Assembly (NCBI GenBank): GCA_964639295.1
Contig: CAZXDT010000001.1
Location: 245,068-309,067 of the forward strand
Direction of reading: 5' to 3'
DNA: 64,000 nt
Source of the DNA: an uncultured Candidatus Saccharibacteria bacterium
GTDB lineage: Bacteria; Patescibacteriota; Saccharimonadia; Saccharimonadales; JALRHH01
Under the pieces are notes generated by a model that made no database searches, was not told where the DNA came from, and saw only the letters and a program-made list of their open reading frames with translations. Shown here piece after piece: positions 19,201 through 27,347 of the stretch. Both the position numbers and the translations under genes were made by a program. Numbering within the stretch: position 1 is the first letter of the stretch; each line of letters begins with the position of its first letter.

Positions 19201-22200
19201 CACCAAGCGTGTTGTTAGCTATATAGTTGGACGTACCTGCGTTGATGTTAATTGCGTAATTAGTTGTCGTGGCTGAGCTATCACTAATTGTGTTACCCGT
19301 GATGATGTTGTCTTGGTTTGTTGATGTCAGGAAGAAAGCATCATTGTTAGCGGCTCCACCTGTATCGTATATGGAGTTACCCGTGAAGGTGTTGTGACGT
19401 GCGCCAGAGATACGGATACCGTTGGTCCCGGCCGTAACACTGTTCCCACTGAAGGTGTTGTACGCTGCGGTATTGCCAGCGACGAACATACCGTATGTTG
19501 TATTGTTGACAATGGTGTTACCAGTAACAATGCTGTTTGCAGGAGCACTGCCTGCGCCAGTAGTAAAGTAGATACCTGCTGTAGTGTTGCCGTTAATGTA
19601 GTTATTGGAAATTGTCAGATATGTTGATCCGTTTTCCGCATCAATACCCTTAGCGTTGGCAAGCAATGTGTTATTACTAATAATATCGTTGGTTGAGTTG
19701 GTATCAATGAATATACCCGCGTCATTAGTGTTACCCATTATGGTGTTGTTGCTCACCGTAGTATTAATCGTATTATTGAGGTAAATACCACTGAATCGGA
19801 AGTTCTTTATTGTCAGGTTGGTCAACCTTGCGCCTTGAACTGTAGTACCGCTACCCATGCCGTTTAAGTAGATACCTTGTTCTGTTCCAGAGGCGTTGTT
19901 CGCCTTGTTACCATCTAGTGTTAAGTTAGAGACCGTGACACTAGTACCAGAGGTCGTAGTCGTGTTGGTAATTGCATTTATGGCCCCAGCACCAATGGTG
20001 TTTTTAAGCTTAATAATTGTTCCGGCACCGGCACCTGTTAGGGTGACGTTATCTGGGATGCTTATTGCACCATCGATGATGTACGTACCTTCCATGAGGT
20101 AGACGGTACCGCCGGAGGCAGGCATAGAGCTTAGGGCGCTGTTTATGACTGTCTGTGCACTCGTAGTGCTGGCGTTAACGTAGTCCGCCCCATCATAACC
20201 AACACTTGCGATAGCGGTGCTGACACCACCAGAAGCACTAGTACCAACAATCTTAGTTGCAGTGGAACGATCCGCCTGCCACTTACCGTTTGCGTATACC
20301 AAGAGTTGTTTAGTAGTGGTGTCGTAGTACAGCATACCCTCTACTGGTGAACCTGGGCGTGAAGCAGTGTTGCCACCTGTAATAGTCAGTGATTGGCTAG
20401 CGGCTACAACGACGTTCTTGTTGAGGTTGATCGCTGTAGCGTTAGTTGTACCGATATTGAGAGCTACGGCTGTTGGAGTATCAAATAATGGTGCTGTGAA
20501 GCTTGTGTCTGATCGGCCTGTGCCACTAATCCAGAAGCTACTTGAAGTTTGCTGTGAAGCACTCTGGTTCTGAATGTAGTTACCAGAACCACTACCAGCT
20601 GCAAAGACATTACAGGTAATCGTATCGCCGAGTTGAGTAACTGCCTGGCCAGCAGGACATGCGGCTGGGTAATTATTGAGTGCCGTCCAATCTACTACAC
20701 CAGCGCTACTAACCGAAATGTTGTCCTGTAGGTAGGCGTCAGCTATGGTGTTTCCCTGCCATGTACCAGTTGTAACTGTACCAACACCAGTGATACCAGT
20801 GTAAGAGCCAGATATTCGACCAGTGGCGACCGTGCCACTTGCTAAGTTAGAAGCATCGAGGTTGGTAAGGCTTGCACCGTCACCAGCAAAACTAACAGCG
20901 CTAACTGCACCCGTAAATGTTGCCACTCCTGTGCTTGAGATAGTTAGGCGTGTAACACCGTTCGTTTCAAGACCAAGATCAAAGGCATTATTTGTACCGA
21001 TAGTCATTGTCGCAGCCACTGTGTTACCGCCTTGTAGCACATCACCTGTACCACCTACGCCAGCACAGTTACCACTCGTTCGACAAACAGTCGCATCAAC
21101 AGCAACGTCGTTTGCATTGACCGTAATACCACTACCTGCACCAATATCCAATGTTGTCGAGCTACCGAGTGACACGCTGCCACCGTTCGTTAAACCACCG
21201 CCGGCAGTAACCGTAACGGAACTGTTTTGAAGATCAACATTCGCAACACTACCATCAGCAATTTCTGTTGAGCCAACACCGCCTGCCTTGATGGTTACAG
21301 CGCCACTTGTCACAGCAAAATTACTGCTGCTGAAGCTCGCTATACCCTTGGCGGCCGTCGTAGCATCGTCTATCGTCACTACTGAACCAACGCCAGAAGA
21401 GTTGGCGATAGTCAAAGCACCTGATAGTGAGTCCAGACTTGTCACGCCAGAACCAGCAGCAGCACAACCACCAAAGTATAGATTGCCACTGGCATCTGTC
21501 TTAAGACAGTCGGTATTGCTTCCAGGGGCACTTGGGAGTTTCAAGCTGAAGTTACTTGTTGGATCAGTTGTAGGGGCCTGCAATGAAACAGTATGTGTAC
21601 CAGCAGCATTACGGAAAGCGATTGATCCATCAAGACTACTGCTTGTACCTAGTGATAAACTGTTCGCACCCTGAATCGATACGGTACCGGTAAAGTTAGC
21701 CGTAGAAGAAATTGTCTGTCCATTAATAAGACCGGATGTAATTGTGCCTGTCGTAGTAAGGTTGCCGCTACCCAGAGCGATAGCTGCGTTGTTTGTCTGA
21801 ATACCACCATTAGCGCTCAATAGGCCAGCAACATCTACAGCATCACTGAGTATAGTCTTACCCGTGCCATTTGCATCTAGAGTAAGATCTTGGTTGGATC
21901 CGGTTGTGATATCGGTTGTTACACCAGAGAATGTAAGTCCGGCTGTTAGGCCAAGACCGCTAAATTGTGGTGTTGAGCTCGTATTAATATCTTGAGGTGT
22001 AGACAGTGTGATAACACCTGTGTTGTTGTTCACAATGATCTGATTAGCAGTTCCTTGTACGGTTACAGCACCGGTAAATGTGTTCAGACTAGAGACGCTA
22101 CCGCCGCCACCAGGACAAACTGACCATATTGGGGCTGCTCCAACGCCGTTAGAGACCAAACACTGTCCTGCTGCTACTGCAGCTAGCTTGTTAAGTGTCG

Positions 22201-25200
22201 TAGCGCCTGATGCATACAGTAAATCACCTGTTGTGTAGCTGCTAAGACCTGTACCACCCTTATCGGCATCAAGTGTACCTGTAAGGTATGAAGTATCATT
22301 ACGGCTTACTGTACCAGTTGCAAGCGTGCCTGAACCATTAGTTTTGACCAATCCTACAGAGTTGAGGCCAGAAAGTGTCAGACCGGCAAAGGTTGGAGCT
22401 GAAGTACTGTCGATATTCTGGATAGTGTTAATAACGCCAAGGCTTGCACTAAAGTTAGTTGCGTTGAACTGAGCAATACCCTTGGCAGCAGTTGAAGCAT
22501 CGTTAAGTGTTACGACACCACCTGATCCAGAAGCATTTGCAATGCTCACCACACCTGTTTGGCTGTTGAGGCTGGTAACACCACCACCCGCACCACCAGT
22601 ACAAGCAGTAAATGTTAGTGTACCAGCCCCGTTTGACTGCAAACAGTCACCGTTAGACCCGTAGGCACTTGGTAACTTGAATGTTAGATCTGCAGCTGGG
22701 TCAGCAGCAGGAGCTTGCAAGGCGACAAAGTGGGTACCTGCTGCATTGTAGAACTTGATCGAACCGTCGAAGCTGCTACTTGTACCAAGTGACAAGCTAT
22801 TTGCACCTTGAATAATTACATTACCGGTTGCCGTAACGGTGCTACCAGAATCGCTCAGACTACTGTCACCAATAGTACCCGCAGCCGTAAACTTAGCAAT
22901 CTTATTGATCGTACCGCCGCCGCCGACAGCTCCACCGCCACCACCGCCGACACAGTTGTTTGTGCTGAGACAGATAGTTGCGGTTGCACCAGCTGGATCA
23001 GGCAAGATGTAAGTTGTATCTTGGCCAAGTGAACCAATAACCTGAACCGTACCCTTGTGTGAAGCAACTCCAGTGCCGCCATCGTAGAGTACGAGTGAAC
23101 CTTGTTGGCTGTTAGCACCAATAGTTGCGGTTGCACCTTGAACCTCGAGAGTGCCACTAAACACCGGACTGTTGGTAATTGTGATGTTGCCACAGGTACC
23201 ACCAGCGCCAAGTGTTACCGCATTGCCGCCTCCAGATAGATTTCCAGTACCGCTAGCACAGTTAAGGACAGTGTTACCTTGTACTGCTGTGTTACCAGTT
23301 GAGCCATAGACGACATTAAGTGTGCTTGTGCCACCAGCACCAAGTGTGATTGTACTGCCACCACTTAAACCAGTACCCGCGGAAATAGTTACCGCTGTAT
23401 TACCCTGTACTGCAGTGTTCGCTGAACTTCCGTATACGACAGCCAAGTTGGTACTTGCGCCTAATGAAACTGCACCACCACCACTCAAACCGTTACCTGC
23501 GGTAACCGTTAGAGAGCTGTTCTGCAGTTTGATGTTTGTTACATTGCCATCAGCTATTTTGCTAGTAGTAACAGCATTGTTAGCGATAGTTGCTGTACCG
23601 GTCTCTGAGAGAGTGATATCGCTACTAACAGCGTGATTTTCCCATCGGCTATTTGTAGCGTTATATATAAGTACATGACCGCCAGCCGCACCACTGATGT
23701 TCAAATTAGTACCTTGAAGCTTAGCAATTGTTGGGTTAGGGTATGAGCCTGTTAGGTCTCCACCAGCTGTTCCAGCAGCGGCACAGTTACCAGTGCTCAC
23801 ACAAACCGTACCGGTAAGAGCTGGGAAGGTAATCGTATTTGTCCCTGAAGGAGCAGCAAATCCAAGTGTTGTAATGTTTGCACCACTACCGGCCGCAAGA
23901 CTAGTGTTAGCGTTACCTTGTAGTGTAAGAATTTGACCCGTTGAACCAACGGTCAAAGTACTTGAAGGAGCGAGGCTTGTAATATCAGTGTTAGCACCAC
24001 TTGCAGCTGCACCCAAGTTTGTTCGAGCAGTTCCGGCATTGTTTGCCCCGGTACCACCATTAGCGACAGGAACCTGTCCCGTAAGGCTTATATTACCCGC
24101 TGCACTGAGTGCGATGTTACCACTGGCTGATACCGCCAAGGTACCACTCACGTCTGGAACTGTTATAGTTCGTGCTCCCGTAGCTACACCAGTGAACCTA
24201 AAGTTGTTAGTTCCAGTACCACCAAGGTACAGGTCACGGAATGGAGCCGCATTTGAGCCAAGGTCAATTGTTGTTGATCCTGTTAGTAAGCTCGTGTTAA
24301 GCGCCACACCTGATAGATTAGACAGCGCCTGGTTAGCACAAGTAGCACAACTTCCAGCGCCTGGAGCACTTATAGTAATACTACCACCACCGTTGGTGAT
24401 GGAGACTCCTGAACCAGCAGTCAAGGTGGCTACGGTATAACCGGTGCCATTACCAATGAGTAATTGTCCGTTTGATGGAGTTGTACTAACCCCAGTACCA
24501 CCGAGGGTGACACCGAGCAAACCACTGACTTCACTACCGAGGTTAATATTACCAGTACCGAGAAGCCCAGCACTTGCACGAACTGGTCCACTACCGAGAC
24601 CACTAAGTGTTAACCCCGCAAAGGTTGGTGCCGCACCCACATGAATGTTCTGTGGAGTACTAAGCGTCAGCGTACCTGATCCAGTGGCAACACTGATCTG
24701 ATTCGCCGTTCCAACAACACTTAGTGCACCTGATTCACCATTTACTGATGTTACAGCACCACCGCCAGGGCATGCCTGCCAGCTTGGTGCGCCCGCTGTA
24801 CTTATAAGACAGAGTCCTGCGCCACCAGCAGCCACGCTAGTAAGTGCACTCGTACCATTACCAACTAATACACCATTTGCTGTTAATGTGGCAGCTCCTG
24901 TGCCTCCCTTGGTAACAGGGAGCGTGTTTATAACATCCGAGCCACTTAAGTCAATTGCGCTGACAACACTCATAGTGCCACCAGTTGACTTAACGAAGCC
25001 GTTGCCTAATGAAGATACCGTCAGTGATCCACCGACGGTTGTGTCACCATTATTCGCAACGGCAAGCTTATCAACCCCACCAGATTGTAAGCGTATCAGA
25101 TGCCCGCCTCCAGTATCGTTGATAAATATTGATGCCTCAGGGTCTGTATCAGCTTGAGCTGTTGGTTGTGATAGTAATACTGCTGTACCGCCACCAACCG

Positions 25201-26218
25201 CACAGCTTGCACCACTCGTACATATTGTCTGTGACAAAGCACCAGAGTTAGGGAACTGGAATACACGCCCACCAGCCGTAAAGGTAATCATATCTGAGCC
25301 AGCGTTGATATCAATACTGTTACCAGCGCTGGTTTGGGTGAGCTTATTGGCTTTGATTTCGCCACTTGGGCTAACCGTTAAACTGCCGAATTGTACGTTT
25401 GCGTTAGCATCAAGATCTTGAGGTGTACTAAGTGTTAGTACGCCATCGCTAGTGGAAACACTTATCTGGTTAAGTGAGCCTTGGATTGCAACATCCCCTG
25501 CTTGATTATTGAGTGCCGTAACTCCTGCGGCAGGAATGGCGACCTGACTGAGTGCTGTTACTTGGCTTTGCAACTCAGTGAATTGATCATTACCAACATA
25601 ACTACAGTTATTACTGTCCAAACAGATGGTACCTGATGCGTTAGGCAGGCTAAGAGTCTGGTTGGCTGTAGCATCCTGTGTCTTGATAACGGTTACAAAG
25701 CCACCGCTTGAGACCTTAATGCTACCCCTAGTTATGAAGTCACCGTTGACAAGCAGTGACTGATTAGCTCCCTGTAACTCTGTGGGAACGTTTGTATTGT
25801 CAGCATCCTTGAGGAGTACATCTTGTTGCGCCCCAGCGTTTGACTGCTTGTCTTTGTTCGGGCTATTCCTGACGAGGAACAGCATACTCGTACCTGTTAA
25901 AAGTACTACCAACAGTGTGATTGTGGTAGATATAACCATCGCTTTTCGCTTAGAGAACATAAACACGGGGTTTTTCATTCGTGGCGGCTGGACCATTTGG
26001 GTTTGTGGAGCTGACTCGTGAACATCGAGTGTTTCTACGGAGTACGTCTGGGGGCTGGAAGCGTAGAAGCTCACTGTTTGATTATCGTCAACACCGTCAA
26101 GACTAACCCCAGATTGGAGGTTAGATACAGGTACAGTAACCGGTGGTTGGCGATCGTCCATTTTTTTGTGTAATTTGTTTATTTTGCACGCTTTTGTCGC
26201 GTGCTTTGATTTATACAA
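16220..26218 (-). CDS. Giant (about 3313-3332 aa) N-terminally anchored tail-fibre-like protein with two tandem neck plus beta-helix (tailspike-like) modules and a conserved C-terminal domain
   Basis: ORF track. The 26218 start is TTG, only 4 nt after a TATAAT, so ATG at 26161 (MDDRQPP..) is more likely. TM is AMVISTTITLLVVLLTGTSMLFLV. Phage-tail-fibre-like motifs include GGTGANNAGTARTNLG (~24031-24070) and three copies of ANQIxV...TLSTPQ[DN]. Necks sit at ~20270-20385 and ~18505-18620, each followed by a ~300-aa N/G/T/I-rich beta-helix (~19150-20100 and ~17450-18370). The C-terminal ~190 aa are shared with the 2053-aa protein. Confidence 0.9.
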   Translation of the reverse strand: MYKSKHATKACKINKLHKKMDDRQPPVTVPVSNLQSGVSLDGVDDNQTVSFYASSPQTYSVETLDVHESAPQTQMVQPPRMKNPVFMFSKRKAMVISTTITLLVVLLTGTSMLFLVRNSPNKDKQSNAGAQQDVLLKDADNTNVPTELQGANQSLLVNGDFITRGSIKVSSGGFVTVIKTQDATANQTLSLPNASGTICLDSNNCSYVGNDQFTELQSQVTALSQVAIPAAGVTALNNQAGDVAIQGSLNQISVSTSDGVLTLSTPQDLDANANVQFGSLTVSPSGEIKANKLTQTSAGNSIDINAGSDMITFTAGGRVFQFPNSGALSQTICTSGASCAVGGGTAVLLSQPTAQADTDPEASIFINDTGGGHLIRLQSGGVDKLAVANNGDTTVGGSLTVSSLGNGFVKSTGGTMSVVSAIDLSGSDVINTLPVTKGGTGAATLTANGVLVGNGTSALTSVAAGGAGLCLISTAGAPSWQACPGGGAVTSVNGESGALSVVGTANQISVATGSGTLTLSTPQNIHVGAAPTFAGLTLSGLGSGPVRASAGLLGTGNINLGSEVSGLLGVTLGGTGVSTTPSNGQLLIGNGTGYTVATLTAGSGVSITNGGGSITISAPGAGSCATCANQALSNLSGVALNTSLLTGSTTIDLGSNAAPFRDLYLGGTGTNNFRFTGVATGARTITVPDVSGTLAVSASGNIALSAAGNISLTGQVPVANGGTGANNAGTARTNLGAAASGANTDITSLAPSSTLTVGSTGQILTLQGNANTSLAAGSGANITTLGFAAPSGTNTITFPALTGTVCVSTGNCAAAGTAGGDLTGSYPNPTIAKLQGTNLNISGAAGGHVLIYNATNSRWENHAVSSDITLSETGTATIANNAVTTSKIADGNVTNIKLQNSSLTVTAGNGLSGGGAVSLGASTNLAVVYGSSANTAVQGNTAVTISAGTGLSGGSTITLGAGGTSTLNVVYGSTGNTAVQGNTVLNCASGTGNLSGGGNAVTLGAGGTCGNITITNSPVFSGTLEVQGATATIGANSQQGSLVLYDGGTGVASHKGTVQVIGSLGQDTTYILPDPAGATATICLSTNNCVGGGGGGAVGGGGTINKIAKFTAAGTIGDSSLSDSGSTVTATGNVIIQGANSLSLGTSSSFDGSIKFYNAAGTHFVALQAPAADPAADLTFKLPSAYGSNGDCLQSNGAGTLTFTACTGGAGGGVTSLNSQTGVVSIANASGSGGVVTLNDASTAAKGIAQFNATNFSASLGVINTIQNIDSTSAPTFAGLTLSGLNSVGLVKTNGSGTLATGTVSRNDTSYLTGTLDADKGGTGLSSYTTGDLLYASGATTLNKLAAVAAGQCLVSNGVGAAPIWSVCPGGGGSVSSLNTFTGAVTVQGTANQIIVNNNTGVITLSTPQDINTSSTPQFSGLGLTAGLTFSGVTTDITTGSNQDLTLDANGTGKTILSDAVDVAGLLSANGGIQTNNAAIALGSGNLTTTGTITSGLINGQTISSTANFTGTVSIQGANSLSLGTSSSLDGSIAFRNAAGTHTVSLQAPTTDPTSNFSLKLPSAPGSNTDCLKTDASGNLYFGGCAAAGSGVTSLDSLSGALTIANSSGVGSVVTIDDATTAAKGIASFSSSNFAVTSGAVTIKAGGVGSTEIADGSVANVDLQNSSVTVTAGGGLTNGGSVSLGSSTTLDIGAGSGITVNANDVAVDATVCRTSGNCAGVGGTGDVLQGGNTVAATMTIGTNNAFDLGLETNGVTRLTISSTGVATFTGAVSAVSFAGDGASLTNLDASNLASGTVATGRISGSYTGITGVGTVTTGTWQGNTIADAYLQDNISVSSAGVVDWTALNNYPAACPAGQAVTQLGDTITCNVFAAGSGSGNYIQNQSASQQTSSSFWISGTGRSDTSFTAPLFDTPTAVALNIGTTNATAINLNKNVVVAASQSLTITGGNTASRPGSPVEGMLYYDTTTKQLLVYANGKWQADRSTATKIVGTSASGGVSTAIASVGYDGADYVNASTTSAQTVINSALSSMPASGGTVYLMEGTYIIDGAISIPDNVTLTGAGAGTIIKLKNTIGAGAINAITNTTTTSGTSVTVSNLTLDGNKANNASGTEQGIYLNGMGSGTTVQGARLTNLTIKNFRFSGIYLNNTINTTVSNNTIMGNTNDAGIFIDTNSTNDIISNNTLLANAKGIDAENGSTYLTISNNYINGNTTAGIYFTTGAGSAPANSIVTGNTIVNNTTYGMFVAGNTAAYNTFSGNSVTAGTNGIRISGARHNTFTGNSIYDTGGAANNDAFFLTSTNQDNIITGNTISDSSATTTNYAININAGTSNYIANNTLGGGSVNDGGTTTIFNGQVKDEANGNYYIQPAGTIELTKNTNVTGTFSVTSTSSFTGVATIRGVTVDSATATQDRIKVVVAAVGAARFDGTITNADLTAARTWTLPNEDGTICTTGSVCTGYAAGSGSSSYIQNQNAGQQSASNFWISGTGRADTSITTPLIDTPTAALLNIGTTNATGINLNKNVTVAAGQYLRIVGGNTASRPGSPTEGMTYYDTDTKRIMTYSNGKWQADRGDAIYVAASDSSQNDKDAADYVGDGNTGAALDGDQVQINSALTTASGKKVVLLAGTYTIDGSISIPNNTTLSGVGAGTLITIPNALNTNFSAIVNTDTTTGTNVTVQDLRLDGNKSQQATAVGMSGIDFNNMGGGSGTSARPGAKIRNVQSNNWYSGAVATCQLGAGICIRNSNNNTISDNTTEGNATAGIMLISSSHNNITGNTAQGSDNMGIYMSSSSFNTITGNTLQGNTLNGVFLSSSSNNTVTGNTVNTNAANGFSLLSSNNNIISGNAVSDTGGATANNAVSLTTSDGNTITGNNITDTSCTTTCNGLVVTNSTSDNNYFANNGLNGAGISDNGTGTILGSNIMAGGAISGTDATRVLAGQENASGNYQLQPSGTIELMKTTNITGSLTATVNADFEGSLNVGTANAFAVNTSGVVTAGTWNGSTVGVQYGGSGAASFTQYGVLFGNGTSAFGVTAVGSTGQCLISGNGVAAPSWGTCTVSSLQSVYNASSPADITLADNKNISFTAADTTTDPSIIMKLNCTACGTGATGNFLIQNNSAATLFSVAGSGAIQIGSTSNGITLSGSGGTTTGAFTLNGTARNVKTIVLQPEFAGAVLDAAADSSCSSANNGTMTSGFDTASNPRMNNYQWTTTQTSAQCYDVVVQVPIPKDWDGWDTVGDPIKIQMMRTTPGASSAAYGIAIVDSNNTFETNYPSTYTTGTPGTTWADVAAGSLSGNYTTNDWMTIKIRMSGTANSTNYPITFLGNITLRYNSKF

Positions 26219-26222
26219 CTAA

Positions 26223-26251
26223 ATTATACGTCCTACCACTGTTACCAACAA
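26223..26251 (-). promoter_or_regulatory. Putative sigma70-type promoter of the 3332-aa gene
   Basis: The minus strand reads TTGTTG (26251-26246), 17 nt, TATAAT (26228-26223). This would give a ~55-nt leader before the ATG at 26161, and that leader contains the hairpin GCACGC..GCGTGC. Confidence 0.35.
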
Positions 26252-26486
26252 GCCTGGCAAGACATAAATGTGCTCAAGCTCGATAGTGTGTATTCTGACT
26301 ATGTATTGGTAATTTTGCTGTTAATATCATTGTAATATTAGCATCAATTTTATAATTGTATGCTGTTATAACTCTTCAGGTAATTAACAAAGTAGACTAT
26401 GTTTATGAATTATTATAGCTGTATTTATTACTACGGAAATAATGTGAGTATACTTTTTACGAAAAGTTATCCACAAGCACTTTGCA

Positions 26487-27347
26487 CTAAATCCACAGAA
26501 CTGCGTAAACTGCACCGAGTCCGACCATAAGGACCACGATTGCAACGACGATCACACGGATGAGTTCCTGTCGTATGACCTTACGCGCGAGTGGGTTACG
26601 GCCCAAGGCAACAATCGCACTGGATATAGCCCCGTACAAAATGCCTCCCTCGGCAATCAGTACGATAACAAAGAGTATTAGGGCTACGAGGACTCTTGTC
26701 TCCCCGACCTCTCTGCCCACGATTGCAGTACCGAGCTTAGCAAGTGACGAAGTAGTTTGGCCACCGTTGCTGGCAGCTCCTTGTCTGTTGAGGTTAACCC
26801 GAATCTTAGCGATGGTTGTGCTCTTCTTAACCCCATTGTCTTCTACATCGTATGACGAACGAGTAGTGGCAGAACTACTGTTTGCGGCGGCAATACCGAC
26901 AATAGGTGATGATTCACCTTCTTTAGCCTTCATAAGTACACCCTTAAGGGGTGATAGCACGAGTAAGCTGCCCTGACTCACTTCTCCACCGAGGTCACTT
27001 ACATAGGTATCAACCTCCCCTTCACTCTCTACAAGCACTGATGTAGTGCTTGATGCCACTGTTACGAAGGAGTTGTCGAAATTAGTAACAACCCCAACAA
27101 CACGTTGATTGTTCTGTTGAGTAGCCCGTTCGATTTTAGAATCTTCTGTTTTGTCGTTTGTTAGCGACACGACCATACCAACTTGCAGTCCAGTATCGTC
27201 TGTCTTATAGCCACGTGCTATGGCAAATACAGGCAACGTAACTATTGCAGCCACGAGCAATAAACACAGGGCTGATAAACAGACCGGCAGTAGTGAACGC
27301 TTGATCACGGAATTGCTAATAACCATACCCACTTTTAGCTTATGCAA
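26487..27347 (-). CDS. Hypothetical membrane protein: N-terminal signal anchor, Ser/Thr-rich middle, C-terminal two-helix hairpin
   Basis: ORF track. N-terminal TM is LLPVCLSALCLLLVAAIVTLPVF. C-terminal sequence is VLVALILFVIVLIAEGGILYGAISSAIVALGRNPLARKVIRQELIRVIVVAIVVLMVGLGAVYAVLWI. No family recognised. Confidence 0.7.
   Translation of the reverse strand: MHKLKVGMVISNSVIKRSLLPVCLSALCLLLVAAIVTLPVFAIARGYKTDDTGLQVGMVVSLTNDKTEDSKIERATQQNNQRVVGVVTNFDNSFVTVASSTTSVLVESEGEVDTYVSDLGGEVSQGSLLVLSPLKGVLMKAKEGESSPIVGIAAANSSSATTRSSYDVEDNGVKKSTTIAKIRVNLNRQGAASNGGQTTSSLAKLGTAIVGREVGETRVLVALILFVIVLIAEGGILYGAISSAIVALGRNPLARKVIRQELIRVIVVAIVVLMVGLGAVYAVLWI

Noticed and set aside
26162-26218. Over-extended ORF-track starts. 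These include TTG at 26218, GTG at 16193, GTG at 35984, TTG at 38910, and early Met codons at 49475, 51224, 40713 and 41413.
   Set aside because: The TTG at 26218 lies 4 nt after a TATAAT. For the others, better ATG starts with GGAGG-type SDs, or with family-typical N-termini, lie downstream (16061, 35978, 49466, 51209, 40674, 41350). The feature coordinates are kept as in the ORF track, with the alternatives noted.
4668-26218. Sortase (LPXTG) or other C-terminal cell-wall anchoring of the giant proteins
   Set aside because: The C-termini (..FTFSNT, ..TCPLGV, ..RYNSKF, ..DVWKH) carry no LPXTG motif followed by a hydrophobic tail. The only hydrophobic anchors are N-terminal.
1-27347. The giant-gene cluster as a mobile or horizontally acquired island
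   Set aside because: I recognised no integrase, transposase, flanking tRNA or direct-repeat boundaries. Codon and SD usage could not be quantified by eye, so this remains untested rather than supported.
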